Shown here: in pieces, positions 41,361 to 55,028 of the stretch
How the letters are laid out: the number at the start of each line of letters is the position of its first letter
Position numbering within the stretch: the first letter of the stretch is position 1
Origin: Macrostomum lignano
Taxonomy: Eukaryota
Assembly: GCA_002269645.1 (NCBI GenBank)
Contig: NIVC01003373.1
Location: 1 to 64,000 of the forward strand
Length of the DNA: 64,000 bases
Direction: 5' to 3'
Notes under the pieces: model-generated
What the model was told of the DNA's origin: nothing
The model's input: only the letters and a program-made list of their open reading frames with translations
Database searches by the model: none
Position numbers and translations under genes: made by a program

Positions 41361-42086
41361 ATGCGCCCTAATAACAAAGTCAACTCTATAACAATAACGA
41401 GGTCCTCCGAAAGGGCGTCTTCTTCTAGAAATAATGGAATCGGAGTCGTGTGCTCCTATCGGTTACTTTAGGGTACCAAAATCAATCAATCAGTAATCGA
41501 CTAAGAGTATCGGAATCGGTCCGCAGATCCTATCCAATCCCTTCGGAATAGAGAGGCCTCAAATTCAATAACTCAATAAATCGACTGATCAGTAACGACC
41601 GGCAATGACACAGCTCTCAATAATCGAATAACAAAGACTCAAATAACAAAGACTCTAACAAAGGCTTACCAATTGGTGTTTGCCTCTCTCAGAGATATAG
41701 CCTTGCTTAGTAGTTCTGGCTAAGCCTAAGATCTCTTAAGGCTGCTCCGAGTCAGAGGTTTCAGCTCGGATTTTCGCTTGTATTTATACACGATTTCATT
41801 CGACCTTGAGCTTCAAACTGGTTTTATTGATAAGAATCAAAAGATGGCCTTTGTCTCTTGACTGGTGGGGTTTTAAATAGAAAGGGGTAAAGCCTAGATC
41901 GCATTTAAATTGACATTTACGAGTACCATATTTGGAAATATAGGTTGAAAACCGGTTTTTGGACTATGTAATGATCACTCGCTGTTTATGTGATATTGCA
42001 TGTATTACTGAAAATGGAGTATGACGCATGTTAGTTTTAAATAGTATTCATGTTTTTATCTTGCTACTTTTAGTAGCCAACTAGGC

Positions 42087-43058
<972 letters not shown>

Positions 43059-43071
43059 TCTTCTGTCTCTG

Positions 43072-43351
43072 TCTGTATATACTAAAGTTGACGTGTTGTT
43101 TGTCTGTGTCTGTCTGTCATTTCGACAACTTGAATAGTGGCAACTCAGCGTTGAAACTTATATGGGAAGATTGGAAATATCCGAGGTCGGCTATAGGCTA
43201 TTTTAATTTTTAATTTTCACATTTTAACATCCCTAAAAAAGCAGAAAACTGCTTTTTTAACCCCCAATAACCTTCTTTTGCCACTCTGCCTGGGGGGGGG
43301 GGCGTGGGCTAGCCAGACAATCCACTAAACAAAAAATACGTGGCTAGCTAG
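43072..43351 (+). mobile_element. Possible non-autonomous Helitron (HINE-like)
   Basis: 5' TC..TATATACTAAAG followed by a GTTTGTCTGT microsatellite; 3' end GGCTAGCTAG|T (CTAG followed by T) with a weak TAGCCA/TGGCTA hairpin. Confidence 0.45.
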
Positions 43352-43511
43352 TGAGTACACGTGTGGACCCACACAGGCTAGTCCTTGAGAGTTCACACAG
43401 TGCGCATAGTGATAGTACGCTAGATATGCCAAAGAACGCTGCTATTGGTCCGTGTGGGCTGGGGTGGGCTGGTCGAGTGCACCCGCGGACGGGAATGAGA
43501 AGTCTGGGAAT

Positions 43512-43991
<480 letters not shown>

Positions 43992-43992
43992 C

Positions 43993-44060
43993 TAAAAATT
44001 GGTCGAGTGGCCAGTGCGCCTGACTTGAAATTGGAAGGTTTGAGGTTCGAATCTTACTTT
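43993..44060 (+). other. tRNA-like Pol III promoter relic (SINE head or tRNA pseudogene)
   Basis: A box TGGTCGAGTGG (44000-44010) and B box GGTTCGAATC (44044-44053) at tRNA-like spacing. No intact acceptor stem. Confidence 0.45.
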
Positions 44061-45943
44061 GCATTCGATTCTTGATGCAAATATCGTGGGTGTAATAAAA
44101 ACAGAACATGCAGAAAAGCAGAAATTAGAATTTGAGTGAACAACGTTAAATTATGGTAATGAGGATTATTATTAAGATTAGAGGATTATTAGGTTTAAGC
44201 GATGAAAATACACGGATTAGAAAAGTAGTATCGAAAAAGTAAAAATTTTTATTTATTCGAACATAAATAAAAAAACGGTGGAAATGATTTTTTTACATTT
44301 TAGTACTAGCATCCATACTTCTTCGTCTGTAATCATAGCACTTTAAATCAGTAGCTCATTTTGGGATTGTAGAATTTAAGTGATTAAGCCGGTGATAATG
44401 CATTGGAGAGCCACTCAAGCCAAATTGATATCAGGTTAGCCAATAGCCTAATATAATACTAAGATGCACAGCACAGGTAAGGCTCCTTGCGTGCCAATAT
44501 CAGCAGCAGTCTGAGGGGTAAGCTCAACCGCCTGCAAGTTAGCGATGTGGCAGTCCATTAATGTGGTAGTTGCAGGCCTAAAGTTAAGTAACTCTCATGA
44601 AGTCATGGACTCATCACTCATGGTCTCTGTTTTATTGGCTTTTGTTTTGGCACGGTTTGAGCCTAGCAGCTTGCTAATATTGAACACATAGTAATCTTTT
44701 GTAACACTTCGGGTGAAGCAAATTTAGTTCCTGTCATATTTATTGTCATTGAAGTCGAAGATCAATTATACCGGTACCGTATCGACGTATCGTATTATTT
44801 TTAAAAAATTAGATTCTATATTTGAAAGTTAAACTGTTGTGCTACCTTAGATACATTTTTTCTGGTACAAAAGTCTTCAGTTTTAAATGTATTGTGATAA
44901 AACTTAAAAACTCTCCTGCTTCTATCATGAAAAAGTTATAAAATCGAAAGGTAAGTCTAGTTTTGTTAATGTTTTCCGTAAAGCTGTTGACAACAAGAAT
45001 GAATTACCTTTTTTATTTGTGGCAGGCGGGATGCCACTGAGTTGAGTAGTTTTTTTAACAGTCGATGACTAAATCTTTATTTTGGTCAGTCCGTGCGCTG
45101 ATCAATAAATTATTTTCCCTTGCTTGGAGTTGTCCAGCCGATGCTCCATCGAGTGTTCCACGCTCTGTACGCTCGCGTCCCCGCGCGGGAACTTTGTTGG
45201 AATCACAGATACTAGAACAACTAGTTGTTCTAGTATCTGTGGGTCTACCAGTAGACAATGAATCAAGAACAGGCTGAGCGGAGAGTCCCAGACACTGGGA
45301 ACGCAAACGAACCGGAAAGGAGGAACAAAAAAGGGGGAGCGCAGGCAGCCAAAAAGACAACGGGACGGGAGAGGGAGAACGGGAGGGAGCTAGAGGGAGA
45401 GCTGCGGCCAACAGCTCAGATGGGTCTTTTGTGTTGCGTCAGACACGCAAGCTTAAAGTAGAAGTCCTTGAGCGGAGAGTTTATGAGTTAGTTAGCACGG
45501 TATTGCAATCTTGCAATCGGAATTGCGAATACGGGGCTGGCTTAAATTCAATTTAAATAGACAAGGAGTAAAAGCCCGAAAAGCACTTTTATATAGCGTT
45601 CGTATATATGTATATATTGATATAATATTTCACCATGTCTACTTCCGCTCAGAAGCAATTGTCAGTAGCATAAAATTAAACGACAATAAAATGTTACATA
45701 TACTGTATCGCTCGTACATGTACAAATCAGAGGAAAAAGCAAGTCATAGCAGTTTGAAATTGAGCGTGCATGAAAGACAAAAAGGTGGGTTGTACAATAT
45801 ATAAATAAAGTAAGTAAGTCAATGGGGATGGCAGCGCCGGAATAAAAGTTAAAAGCTGGACCCAATGTACTTTAAAACATGTTTAAAATTAGTTACAGGT
45901 GGGGCGCGCACCTGCTGCTTGTTTTTGTTAATCTCTAAGCGTT

Positions 45944-48900
45944 CTAAGCAACGCCGAAATGAACCGATTTCGAGCGTCGACGAGCAATCAATCGGCTGCG
46001 TTCGGTTTCGCCAAAGGCTCGAATTCCACGGAATAGCCAGTAGCCCGCGCAGAGCACCAGGCACAGAACGTACAGGCCGAGCCAGTAGAACCTGCGGCAG
46101 TGCGGATGGCCTTACGGTGACTTCATAGATTGGGCAATGGAGGATAACATTATAGCTAGTCCTTAGGGTGTGTCCCAGTTCCAGGTGTGACTGAGCATAG
46201 GGTGTGTCTCAGTTCCAGGTGTGGCTGAGCATAGGGTGTGTAACAGTTCCAGGTGTGACTGAGCATAGGGTGTGTCTCAGTTCCAGGTGTGGCTGAGCAT
46301 AGGGTGTGTAACAGTTCCAGGTGTGGCTGAGCATAGGATGTGTAACAGTTCCAGGTGTGACTGAGCATAGGGTGTGTAACAGTTCCAGGTGTGGCTGAGC
46401 ATAGGATGTGTAACAGTTCCAGGTGTGACTGAGCATAGGGTGTGTCTCAGTTCCAGGTGTGACTGAGCATAGGGTGTGTAACAGTTCCAGGTGTGGCTGA
46501 GCATAGGGTGTGTCCCAGTTCCAGGTGTGGCTGAGCATAGGGTGTGTAACAGTTCCAGGTGTGGCTGAGCATAGGGTGTGTAACAGTTCCAGGTGTGGCT
46601 GAGCATAGGGTGTGTAACAGTTCCAGGTGTCACAGTGTCTCACAGGGCATACCTGGACACAGCCAGAGGCTAACACACAGGTGTCTCACAGTGCATACCT
46701 GGACACCAGACAGAGGCTAACACACAGGTGTCTCACAGCGCATACCTGGACACCAGCCAGAGGCTAACACACAGGTGTCTCACAGTGCATACCTGGACAC
46801 CATCCAGAGGCTAACACACAGGTGTCTCACAGTGCATACCTGGACACCATCCAGAGGCTAACACACAGGTGTCTCACAGTGCATACCTGGACACCATCCA
46901 GAGGCTAACACACAGGTGTCTCACAGTGCATACCTGGACACAGCCACAGGCTAACACACAGGTGTCTCACAGTGCATACCTGGACACCAGACAGAGGCTA
47001 ACACACAGGTGTCTCACAGTGTATACCTGGACACCAGCCAGAGGCTAACACACAGGTGTCTCACAGTGCATACCTGGACACCAGCCACAGGCTAACACAC
47101 AGGTGTCTCACAGTGCATACCTGGACACCAGCCAGAGGCTAACACAGGTGTCTCACAGTGCATACCTGGACACAGCCACAGGCTAACACACAGGTGTCTC
47201 ACAGTGCATACCTGGACACCAGACAGAGGCTAACACACAGGTGTCTCACAGTGCATACCTGGACACCAGCCAGAGGCTAACATAGCAGACGCGGCCGTCG
47301 CTCTCCCGCACGGCCAGGTAGCCATAGGCCACCTCCAGAGTGCCCATCCGGTAGGAGCAGGTGGGCGAGCCGATCTCATACACTATGCCATCAGTGAGGG
47401 TAAACTTTGCCGAATCGAGCGGCTCAGTAGCGTAGGGTCCACCGCGCTTATCAGGATAGGGCGCCATAGTCTCGGCGCCGGCGGTGACCAGCAGCCGTCG
47501 CAGCGCAGAGCGAATGCCCGATGCCTGTGACCGGTGATGACCAGGTGAGGCCGGAGCAGGCGCAACAGGGGTCTAAACTGGGTTGGCCGTTGGGTAAGCA
47601 AATTGGCGTGATTGGCTAGGATGCGAAATCCGGCCGACCCGGTCTCCGGCGTGTCTGCAATATTGCCGATTTATACTACTTAGTAAGTAGCTTAAAATAC
47701 TCCGCGTTTGCTTCAATATTGGTGGTCGGTTGGCTGTCCTGCTTTTCATGCACCCATGAGGGCCACCCCCCCCCCCCCAAGGGACAGTGATTGTACATGC
47801 CTGACGATTAGAAAGTCAAAGGTCGCTGTACACTCTGTGTGAGCGTGTGTAAGAGTGCTCAGGAGTGAGCGGAACGGGTACATGGTTGTTGGCACACATA
47901 CTAAAACAACTACAATATATTGGCCACTCAGGCATATATTACTTAGTAAAACAGCTTTCTACTTTCAGTTCAGTAGCAAAGAATACATAAGCATTTTATA
48001 AAAATAAAGGCAGCTGAAATGACTTTTATAAGTTTAGAAGCCCAGCAAGCTTACAGGCGTAAACAGCTTGCTAATTGGTTCAGCAATAATGTACATTAGC
48101 CAGTCCACTAAAATGTACGTGGCAGCTTTAGGCTGGAATTCCGAGAAAGGCAATAAAAATTGAGGTGGGGCGGAGGGAGGTGGGTAGTTTGGAAAGGCGC
48201 GGTTGGAGGGTTTAAGCTGGGGGGGGGGTAAGAGCCAATAAATGAGCCTCGGCTTTAAAAGTGCATTAGAATGCTCCTGTTTAACTTACTACTGAACTGA
48301 AAGTAGCTAACACGCCAATGAGCTGAGTGGCCCATCTAGTCTAGTCTAGTCTAGTTATTCTAGTGTTTGTGAACGTTGTAGGACAATGTCACCGATGACA
48401 CCACAACCCTCCCTGCGAATATTTCTATCTAACTTTTAGAGATCTTCCCATGCCCAAATGAATTTCTCCCAGGCGGCTTACTAGGCGCCAGGTGAGCGTA
48501 GGCGGACGCAACGTGGCGTTCGATCTCCCGCTGACAGCGAAACGCATCAGCGTAGAAGCGCAGCCACAGCATCCGCATGGACTGGCCGGCCTTGTCCGAG
48601 CCCTCCAGCCGGCCGAACTGTCTCTCGTAGTCGGCCACCCGGCCGGAGTTGACCGGCTCGGCCTCGCCGCCAACGTCATTGTCGCCGGCCAAGATGAGCC
48701 AGCGGCGCTTCGGCCAGAGGAACAGGCCGCGGAATCTGGCCATGTAGTCGGACAGAGCAGCCGGCGGCGCGGACAGGCCCTCGTCGATGAGGTCGCCGGG
48801 AAACAGCACAGTGGAAGGCTTGGCGGCGCTCAGTGCGGCGGAGTAGCCTTTGAAGAGGAACCTGCGACGGGCCATGGATTAATAAACTCTACTATATTTA

Positions 48901-49050
48901 TGGACCTGAGCTGAGGGATCAAAGCCTCCACCAGCTTACATGTCCGCGTCCCATCTGGTCAACCAGCCGAGCGCCTGGCTCTCGTCCCGATAGCCCTGAA
49001 TTTGCGGATCCGACGCAATTAGAAAGGTGACTTCTCCCATAGGTGAGCCG
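45944..49050 (-). CDS. Metallophosphoesterase, MPPE1/Cdc1 family; 5' exon not located; apparent frameshift
   Basis: Exons 49050-48940 (LIASDPQIQG...RWDAD), 48861-48482 (FPGDLIDEG, GDNDVGG), about 47575-47259 (LRPHLVITGHRH, then after a frame change YEIGSPTCSYRMG) and 46091-45944 (C-terminal TM helix, stop). The splice path between 48482 and about 47575 is unresolved. Confidence 0.8.
46160..46630. repeat. 34-bp minisatellite (CAGTTCCAGGTGTGGCTGAGCATAGGGTGTGTAA)
   Basis: Period 34, in the last MPPE intron. Confidence 0.95.
46631..47281. repeat. 47-bp minisatellite containing the exon end and 5' splice site of the MPPE exon
   Basis: Minus-strand unit TTAGCCTCTGGCTGGTGTCCAG|GTATGCACTGTGAGACACCTGTGTG, about 13 copies. 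The first copy is the real junction at 47259/47258. Confidence 0.95.
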
Positions 49051-49149
49051 CTGAAGATTTCAAATATTTATTCTAGCGATATACACACACACATCCACTT
49101 TTAATTGTTCTTATTAGTAGCAAGTGGAGAAATTAAAAGTAAAAAGTAA

Positions 49150-49680
49150 AGAAGGGCAATTAAGTTGGGCTAGGTAAAGAATGCAATTAAGGTTGGCTAG
49201 GTAAGAAAGGGCAATTAAGGTGGGCTAGGTAAGGAAGGGCATTTAAGGTGGGCTAGGTAAGGAAGGACAGTTAAGGTGGGCTAGGTAAGAAAGGGCAATT
49301 AAGTTAGGCTAGGTAAGGAAAGGCAATTAAGGCGGGCTAGGTAAGGAATGCAATTAAGGTGGGCTAGGTAAGAAAGGGCAATTAAGGTGGGCTAGGTAAG
49401 AAAGGGCAATTAAGGTGGGCTAGGTAGGAAAGGGCAATTAAGGTGGGCTAGGTAAGGAAAGGCAATTAAGGCGGGCTAGGTAAGGAATGCAATTAAGGTG
49501 GGCTAGGTAAGAAAGGGCAATTAAGGTGGGCTAGGTAAGAAAGGGCAATTAAGGTGGGCTAGGTAGGAAAGGGCAATTAAGGTGGGCTAGGTAAGGAAGG
49601 GCAGTTAAGGTGGGCTAGGTAAGAAAGGGCAATTAAGGTGGGCTAGGTAAGGAAAGGCAATTAAGGTGGGCTAGGTAAGG
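49150..49680. repeat. 28-bp minisatellite (GGTGGGCTAGGTAAGAAAGGGCAATTAA)
   Basis: About 19 tandem copies upstream of MPPE exon 49050. Confidence 0.95.
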
Positions 49681-50074
49681 AATATACAAAAATACAATGA
49701 AATGTCATAGATACAATAAATTTGCAAAATTCTATACTACTCAATGAACAGTAGCTTAATAATAATAGCGCATATAAGGTAGATTGACATAAAGATAAAG
49801 TGCGACTCAAACATCTCAATAAGAAAATGTTGTTTAATGTTACATATCGGTAGTTCAATTTATACGAGCTTAAACACAGCTGAAGCCATCATTAATAATG
49901 TCGTTGAAGACAACTACGGCAAAAATAATTTTCAATTCCATTGGCCAGCTGGCCAGCAATGGCCGAAGTTTGGACAATCGCATTGCGGTGTCAGCAGCTG
50001 GCAATAGTAAATCTGGTGGTATAAATTACAGCTTCCAGTTGATGGGATAAAAAGGAATGATGCAATGCATTAGC

Positions 50075-52095
50075 TACGAGGTGTATTCTAAGTTCTTTTC
50101 GGTCCTTTGGCATTCATTTTTAGAAAGCGTTGTGAAAAGAAGTTCAGCGATTCACCAAGTTATATCTATAGCCTAAACGTTCCTAGGGTTTTAAGCCTCA
50201 ATCAAGGAATTCTAAATCCTACTGGAATGACAACTGAAACAGAGGTGTGGACTTTTTTATACAAGATGAGGCTTACTCCGATTGCCACAGACATAGGATT
50301 TGTTTGCCACTAAGAAGAATCAGCTTCGTTCGCCTTATTTAGTCTTAGCCTGTAGGAGTGACTTTCCTGAAGCCAAGTCTCTGCGTCCTCTGCATGCCAA
50401 ATAAATGCGCCGTTTTTTGGCTGCAACTCCGGCAGCGAGTCTGCAACGGCACGGTCAGCGAGGACTTCATTCCACAAGTTTTCGAAGCTGGAAAAATTGT
50501 TAAAGAGCATTTCCCTAGAAGCAACTTTCAAGCCATCGAAGCACACTCGAATTTGCTCTCTTCACTTCACGGAATCAGATATCGAATATCGAAATATCGA
50601 TGCATATCGAAAAAAGAAGCGACACGAAGGTTCAAATCTTGTAAAAAGAAGATTAAGAGAGGGTGCAGTTCCCATCCAATACAGCACGATCAGCAGGCCA
50701 TCATATTTAACAAAAAGTCCACCAGCTTCGCGATCAGGAAACGCATCGTCGCAACGGCGTCACGAGATTGATGTCGCACGGGTGGAACAACAAGAGAGAT
50801 TATTTTTCCAGTGAAAGAATTCGCTCACTTAATGATTTGGTCGCTAAGTTTTCGAAAGAGAAGAAGCCGTCCGGATTTGCTTCGCATCAATCAGCAGACA
50901 CTCTCAGCATTATGCTCATACGCTCGTAGCTAATGGTCTATCTCCAATGATCAAGAGTTCCTTGCCTCAGTTTGCAACTAGTGTTTGAGCAGCGAACCTT
51001 TCTATCAGCTACCATTCAATTTTTTGGCCATGGCTGAGCTGAATCATTTTCAAAAACAAGACGTTCGAAGCTTGATGAAGTTTCAGTTTTTGCGAGGAGA
51101 CTGAGCAGACAGTTCGAAAATGGTACCGGCTGTTTGCTGATGGAAGAGAGCGTTGAGGTCTTTGATCGCTCTGGAAGGCCGATGACTGACTGCAACCAAC
51201 GAGACTGCTGTGAAGAAAGTGCAAGAGCTCCTGGATGATGATCGGCGATGGACTTGCGAAGACTTTGGAGAAGACGTTGGTGTGTCAGTAGGAAGCGTCC
51301 ACACCATTCTGACTGAGCGTCTTCACCTGCAGAAAAAGTTCTGCAAGTGGGTGCCACAACTGATGACAGGTGAGCAAAAGATGCAGCGAACTCTGGCTTC
51401 AAGCAGCCACCTGCGTCGGTTCCATCGAGAAGGGGAGGATTTTCTATCAAGATTTGTTGCTGGAGACGAGCCGTGGGCTTACAGCTGGGATCCTGAGACA
51501 AGGTCCCAGTCTGCCGAATGGCTTCCAGCACATTCTCCAAGACCTCAGAAGGCCATCAGGAAGATCATGCACGTCATGTTTTTTGATTCCCAAGGAATCC
51601 TGCTAAACTGGGCAGTCCCCAAGGAACCACCATCAATGGGGACTACTACAAGTGGATTCTGCAGAAGTTGCGCCCAGCAATACGAAAGAAGCGCCCTGGT
51701 CTGCTGGAGTCTGGCGTGATCCTGCTGCACGACAATGCACCAGCACATCGCAAGCACAACGTCGTGGAACTCCTGAGCAAATGGGTCTGGGAAGTGATCC
51801 TGCAACATCCACCCTATTCGCATGATTTGCCACTGTGCGGCTTTTTCTTATTTTCATCGGTGAAGAGGCACCTTCGGGGCATTCGATTCGACAGCGTCGA
51901 GCACATCGAAGCTGCTTGTAGTCAAGCTGTGTGGTGTGAGTTCCGGAATCAGAGGCCTGGTACATCGCTGGCAGAAGTGCAAAGATATTTGCGGTGAATA
52001 TGTTGAGTGTCAGAATCATGTTAAACAATCTAACAGTGTTTTCATTGTTCCAGTGGTTTTGTGTTCAGTTTTGTAGGGCACCGAAAAGAGCTAAT
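50075..52095 (+). mobile_element. Defective mariner (Tc1/mariner, DD34D-type) transposon
   Basis: Transposase relic about 51030-51997: WVPQL, GDEPW, FFDSQG, HDNAPAH and HPPYSHDL; third Asp lost; N-terminal deletion and frameshift near 51625. Candidate left TIR TACGAGGTGTATTCTAAGTTCTTTTCGGTCC at 50075 partly matches ACCGAAAAGA at about 52080. Boundaries are less certain than the transposase. Confidence 0.85.
50394..50990 (+). pseudogene. THAP (C2CH zinc finger) domain relic, P-element/THAP-transposase-like
   Basis: MPNKCAVF[+1 T]GCNSG...SFHKF...RICSLHF...LREGAVP (C..C, C..H and AVP box). Frameshifted and truncated. Confidence 0.75.
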
Positions 52096-52440
52096 TAGCT
52101 AATGGGGAAAGCTAACTAACTGATGGAGAGCTAAGTCGCTAATAGGGAGAGCTAAGTAGCTAATAGGGAGAGCTAAGTGGCTAATGGGGGGAGCTAAGTA
52201 ACTAATGGGTCGAGAGCTAAGTGGCTAATGGAGTAATGGAGAGAGCTAAGTGGCTAATGGGGAGAGCTAAGTAACTAATGGGTCGAGAGCTAAGTGGCTA
52301 ATGGGGAGAGCTAACTAACTGATGGGGATGGGATCTAAGTGACTAATGGGGAGAGCTAAGTGGCTAATGAAAAGAGCTAAGTGGCTAACTGAGGAAGCTA
52401 AGTAGCTGATAGGGACCGTACAGTGGCTAATAGGAGTAGC
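52095..52440. repeat. About 21-bp minisatellite (GAGCTAAGTGGCTAATGGGGA)
   Basis: Degenerate tandem copies abutting the mariner right end. Confidence 0.88.
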
Positions 52441-52796
52441 TTAGTAACTAAAATCGCATTAATTGACTGCAGGGATCTATCCACCTTGAAGTTAATTATA
52501 AAAAATTAACCAACAATAGACACTCAACAATAGTTTTTTTAACTAACAAAGAAACAATTTTCAACTTGAAAAAATGCAACTTTATTATGAAGTAATATTC
52601 AACGCAGTAATTTCCCAAGTTGTCATAATAGTAAAAGTAGGGAGAGAAAGGCAGCACCAAGCAGATTATTAATGACGCAAGCTTTAAATGAAGCGGAAAT
52701 TATGAAATTATTTGGGAAAACTATAACTCCAGTAGACGGTTGCCCCAGTCTGAATTGTCTGAATTGAATTTCCGCTAGTTTTTTTTAGAACTGGAC

Positions 52797-54803
52797 TTAG
52801 ATCAAAATTGAACGTGAAAAGGTGCACTGAGCAGGCAGGCGCCGAACCAGCAGTTCCGGATCGGTCGATTCGACAACAAACCGATCGAGTTCCGGCTCGG
52901 CATCCGGATTAGCTGGTGGCGGATTTTGACAGGCTACTTGAACCACTGCGTCCGGGATCTTATTGAGGCTGGCCAGGGTCTCGCCGGACACCAGGCCGAA
53001 CTGGGCGGAGGTCAGATGGTCAATCAGTTGAGAGTGGAAGCGGCGAAGGCGAAACATGGGCACCTCCATTGGCGGGCCGGGCTTGTCGAACAGTTGAATC
53101 TGTGCAGGTGTGGATTGATTTTGCAGTGCAGCTGGGCCGCTGTGTGCTACAATATTATAGATAGGCAAGCATGAGTCATCGGCAACTCAGCGCTTGGCAA
53201 GCACACGGAATATATGTACACACGCTCATGGGTCTACGACTTTAGACTGAGAGAAGACAACAATTCAGCTGACACAAACTGACTGCCGACCCTAATCCTA
53301 ACCTAAACTCTAACCTAAGCCCTAACACAAACCCTAATATAAACCCTAACACAAACTCTAACCTAAGCCCTAACACAAACCCTAATATAAACCCTAACAC
53401 AAACTCTAACCTAAGCCCTAACACAAACCCTAATATAAACCCTAACACAAACTCTAACCTAAGCCCTAACACAAACCCTAATATAAACCCTAACACAAAC
53501 CCTAACCTACACTATAACACAAACCCTAACCTACACTATAACACAAACCCTAACCTACACTATAACACAAACCCTAACCTACACCATAACACAAACCCTA
53601 ACCTAAACCCTAATAACACAAACCCTAACCTACACCATAACACAAACCTAACCTACACTATAACACAAACCCTAACCTACACCATAACACAAACCTAACC
53701 TACACCATAACACAAACCCTAACCTACACCATAACACAAACCCTAACCTAAACCCTAATAACACAAACCCTAACCTAAACCCTAATAACACAAACCCTAA
53801 CCTACACCATAACACAAACCCTAACCTTAAACATAACACAAACCCTAACCTACACCATAACACAAACCCTAACCTACACCATAACATAAACTCTAACCTA
53901 CACCACAACACAAACCCTGGAGACCACAGCAGAACGGTGGTCTCCTTCATGACGGTCTCCGGCACGGCCTCCAGCTGGCTGTCCAGGGTGTACAGCCACA
54001 CGAATCTGCTGCCGTCGGAGCCGAAGCGCAGAGCGGTGAACTGCTGGCCATCGATCAGCCCGCCGACGTCCAAGAAGGCGTCGGCCTCCTCGTCCGCGTC
54101 GCTTTTTTCGTTGTCGCCGGCGTCCTCGAACTCGGTGGGTTCAGCTGCCTCGCTGGCGATCTCGCTAGCAACTTCGAATCCCCATTCGTCCACTTCCGGC
54201 TCGATAGTTGATCTTGGCTCAGCGGAAGCGGAAGAAGCAGAAGCTTTAGAAGCCGGCGGGTCTCGGCGAATTGATTATTGCAGGCGTTTTGGGCGCCGCA
54301 GCCGCCGGGATCAGTACGGAGTCATCAAGGTTGACCGGATCGCCCGGATAGTACATCATGCGGCCGAGCACGTCTTCAACGCGCAGGGCGCCCTCGGCCA
54401 CCAAGCTGGCTTCCAGAGTCTGGCACTGAGCTGGCAGAGCAGTGCCAGATTGCTCGGCCGCCTTGCGCCAGAAATAGTTGCGCTCGGTGCCGCGCGGCTG
54501 TATCAGGCTTCGCGTGACTGCCAGCAGATCGGCGTAGTCAGATGGATCAGGCGCTGGCTGCTTTGGTTGTACAGACGAGATCGACAGGTTCTGCGTGCGC
54601 TGTTTCAACGGTTCCTCAAATGCCTCAGACGGTTGTCGCGACCTGGGCGGCGACGGGCCCAACCGGGACTGCACCGGAGGGCGCCGCTCGGACTGTATCG
54701 ACTGAGTCGACGATGACGAAAACGAATTCGACTGCGCGGCTCGAGGATTAGCGGCGAAGATGAAACTCTTTTTATCGCCACCGCCGGCACCGGCGCCTCT
54801 GCT
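52797..54803 (-). pseudogene. 3' exons of an unidentified protein-coding gene, with a frameshift
   Basis: Large GC-rich exon about 54803-53916 (CCAGG|gtttgt) and terminal exon 53139-52797 (acacag|C, phase-compatible). The frame changes near 54250 (TAA at 54246 in one frame, continuation in another). No recognisable domain and no 5' exon found. Confidence 0.55.
53290..53915. repeat. Telomere-like (CCCTAA-containing) 24-bp and 42-bp minisatellite
   Basis: Units ACACAAACCCTAACCTACACCATA and CCCTAACACAAACCCTAATATAAA; intronic. Confidence 0.93.
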
Positions 54804-55028
54804 ATTAAAGCCACAGAGCACACAGAGAAACCAACATGATGATGCTGAAGCAGCACACAGAGGAGCCAGAGTGATGGGGCTGCAGCAGCACACAGAAGAA
54901 CCAAGATGATGCTGCAGCAGCACACAGAGAAACCAAGATGATGATGCTTAGGATGCTTAGCAGCAGCAGAGGGGTGATGGTGCGAAGAGCAGGCAGTACA
55001 CAGGTGCCAATCAATCCGGAGGCCTCAC

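Noticed and set aside
41370-42000. LTR- or promoter-like segment (TATAAATA and a donor-like site on the minus strand)
   Set aside because: No second copy, TG..CA termini, PBS or PPT could be established.
43993-44065. Functional tRNA gene
   Set aside because: A and B boxes are present, but the acceptor and anticodon stems do not pair; kept only as a relic.
49870-49965. Candidate first exon of MPPE (MRLSKLRPLL...IIFAVVVFND)
   Set aside because: No phase-compatible donor found to join exon 49050.
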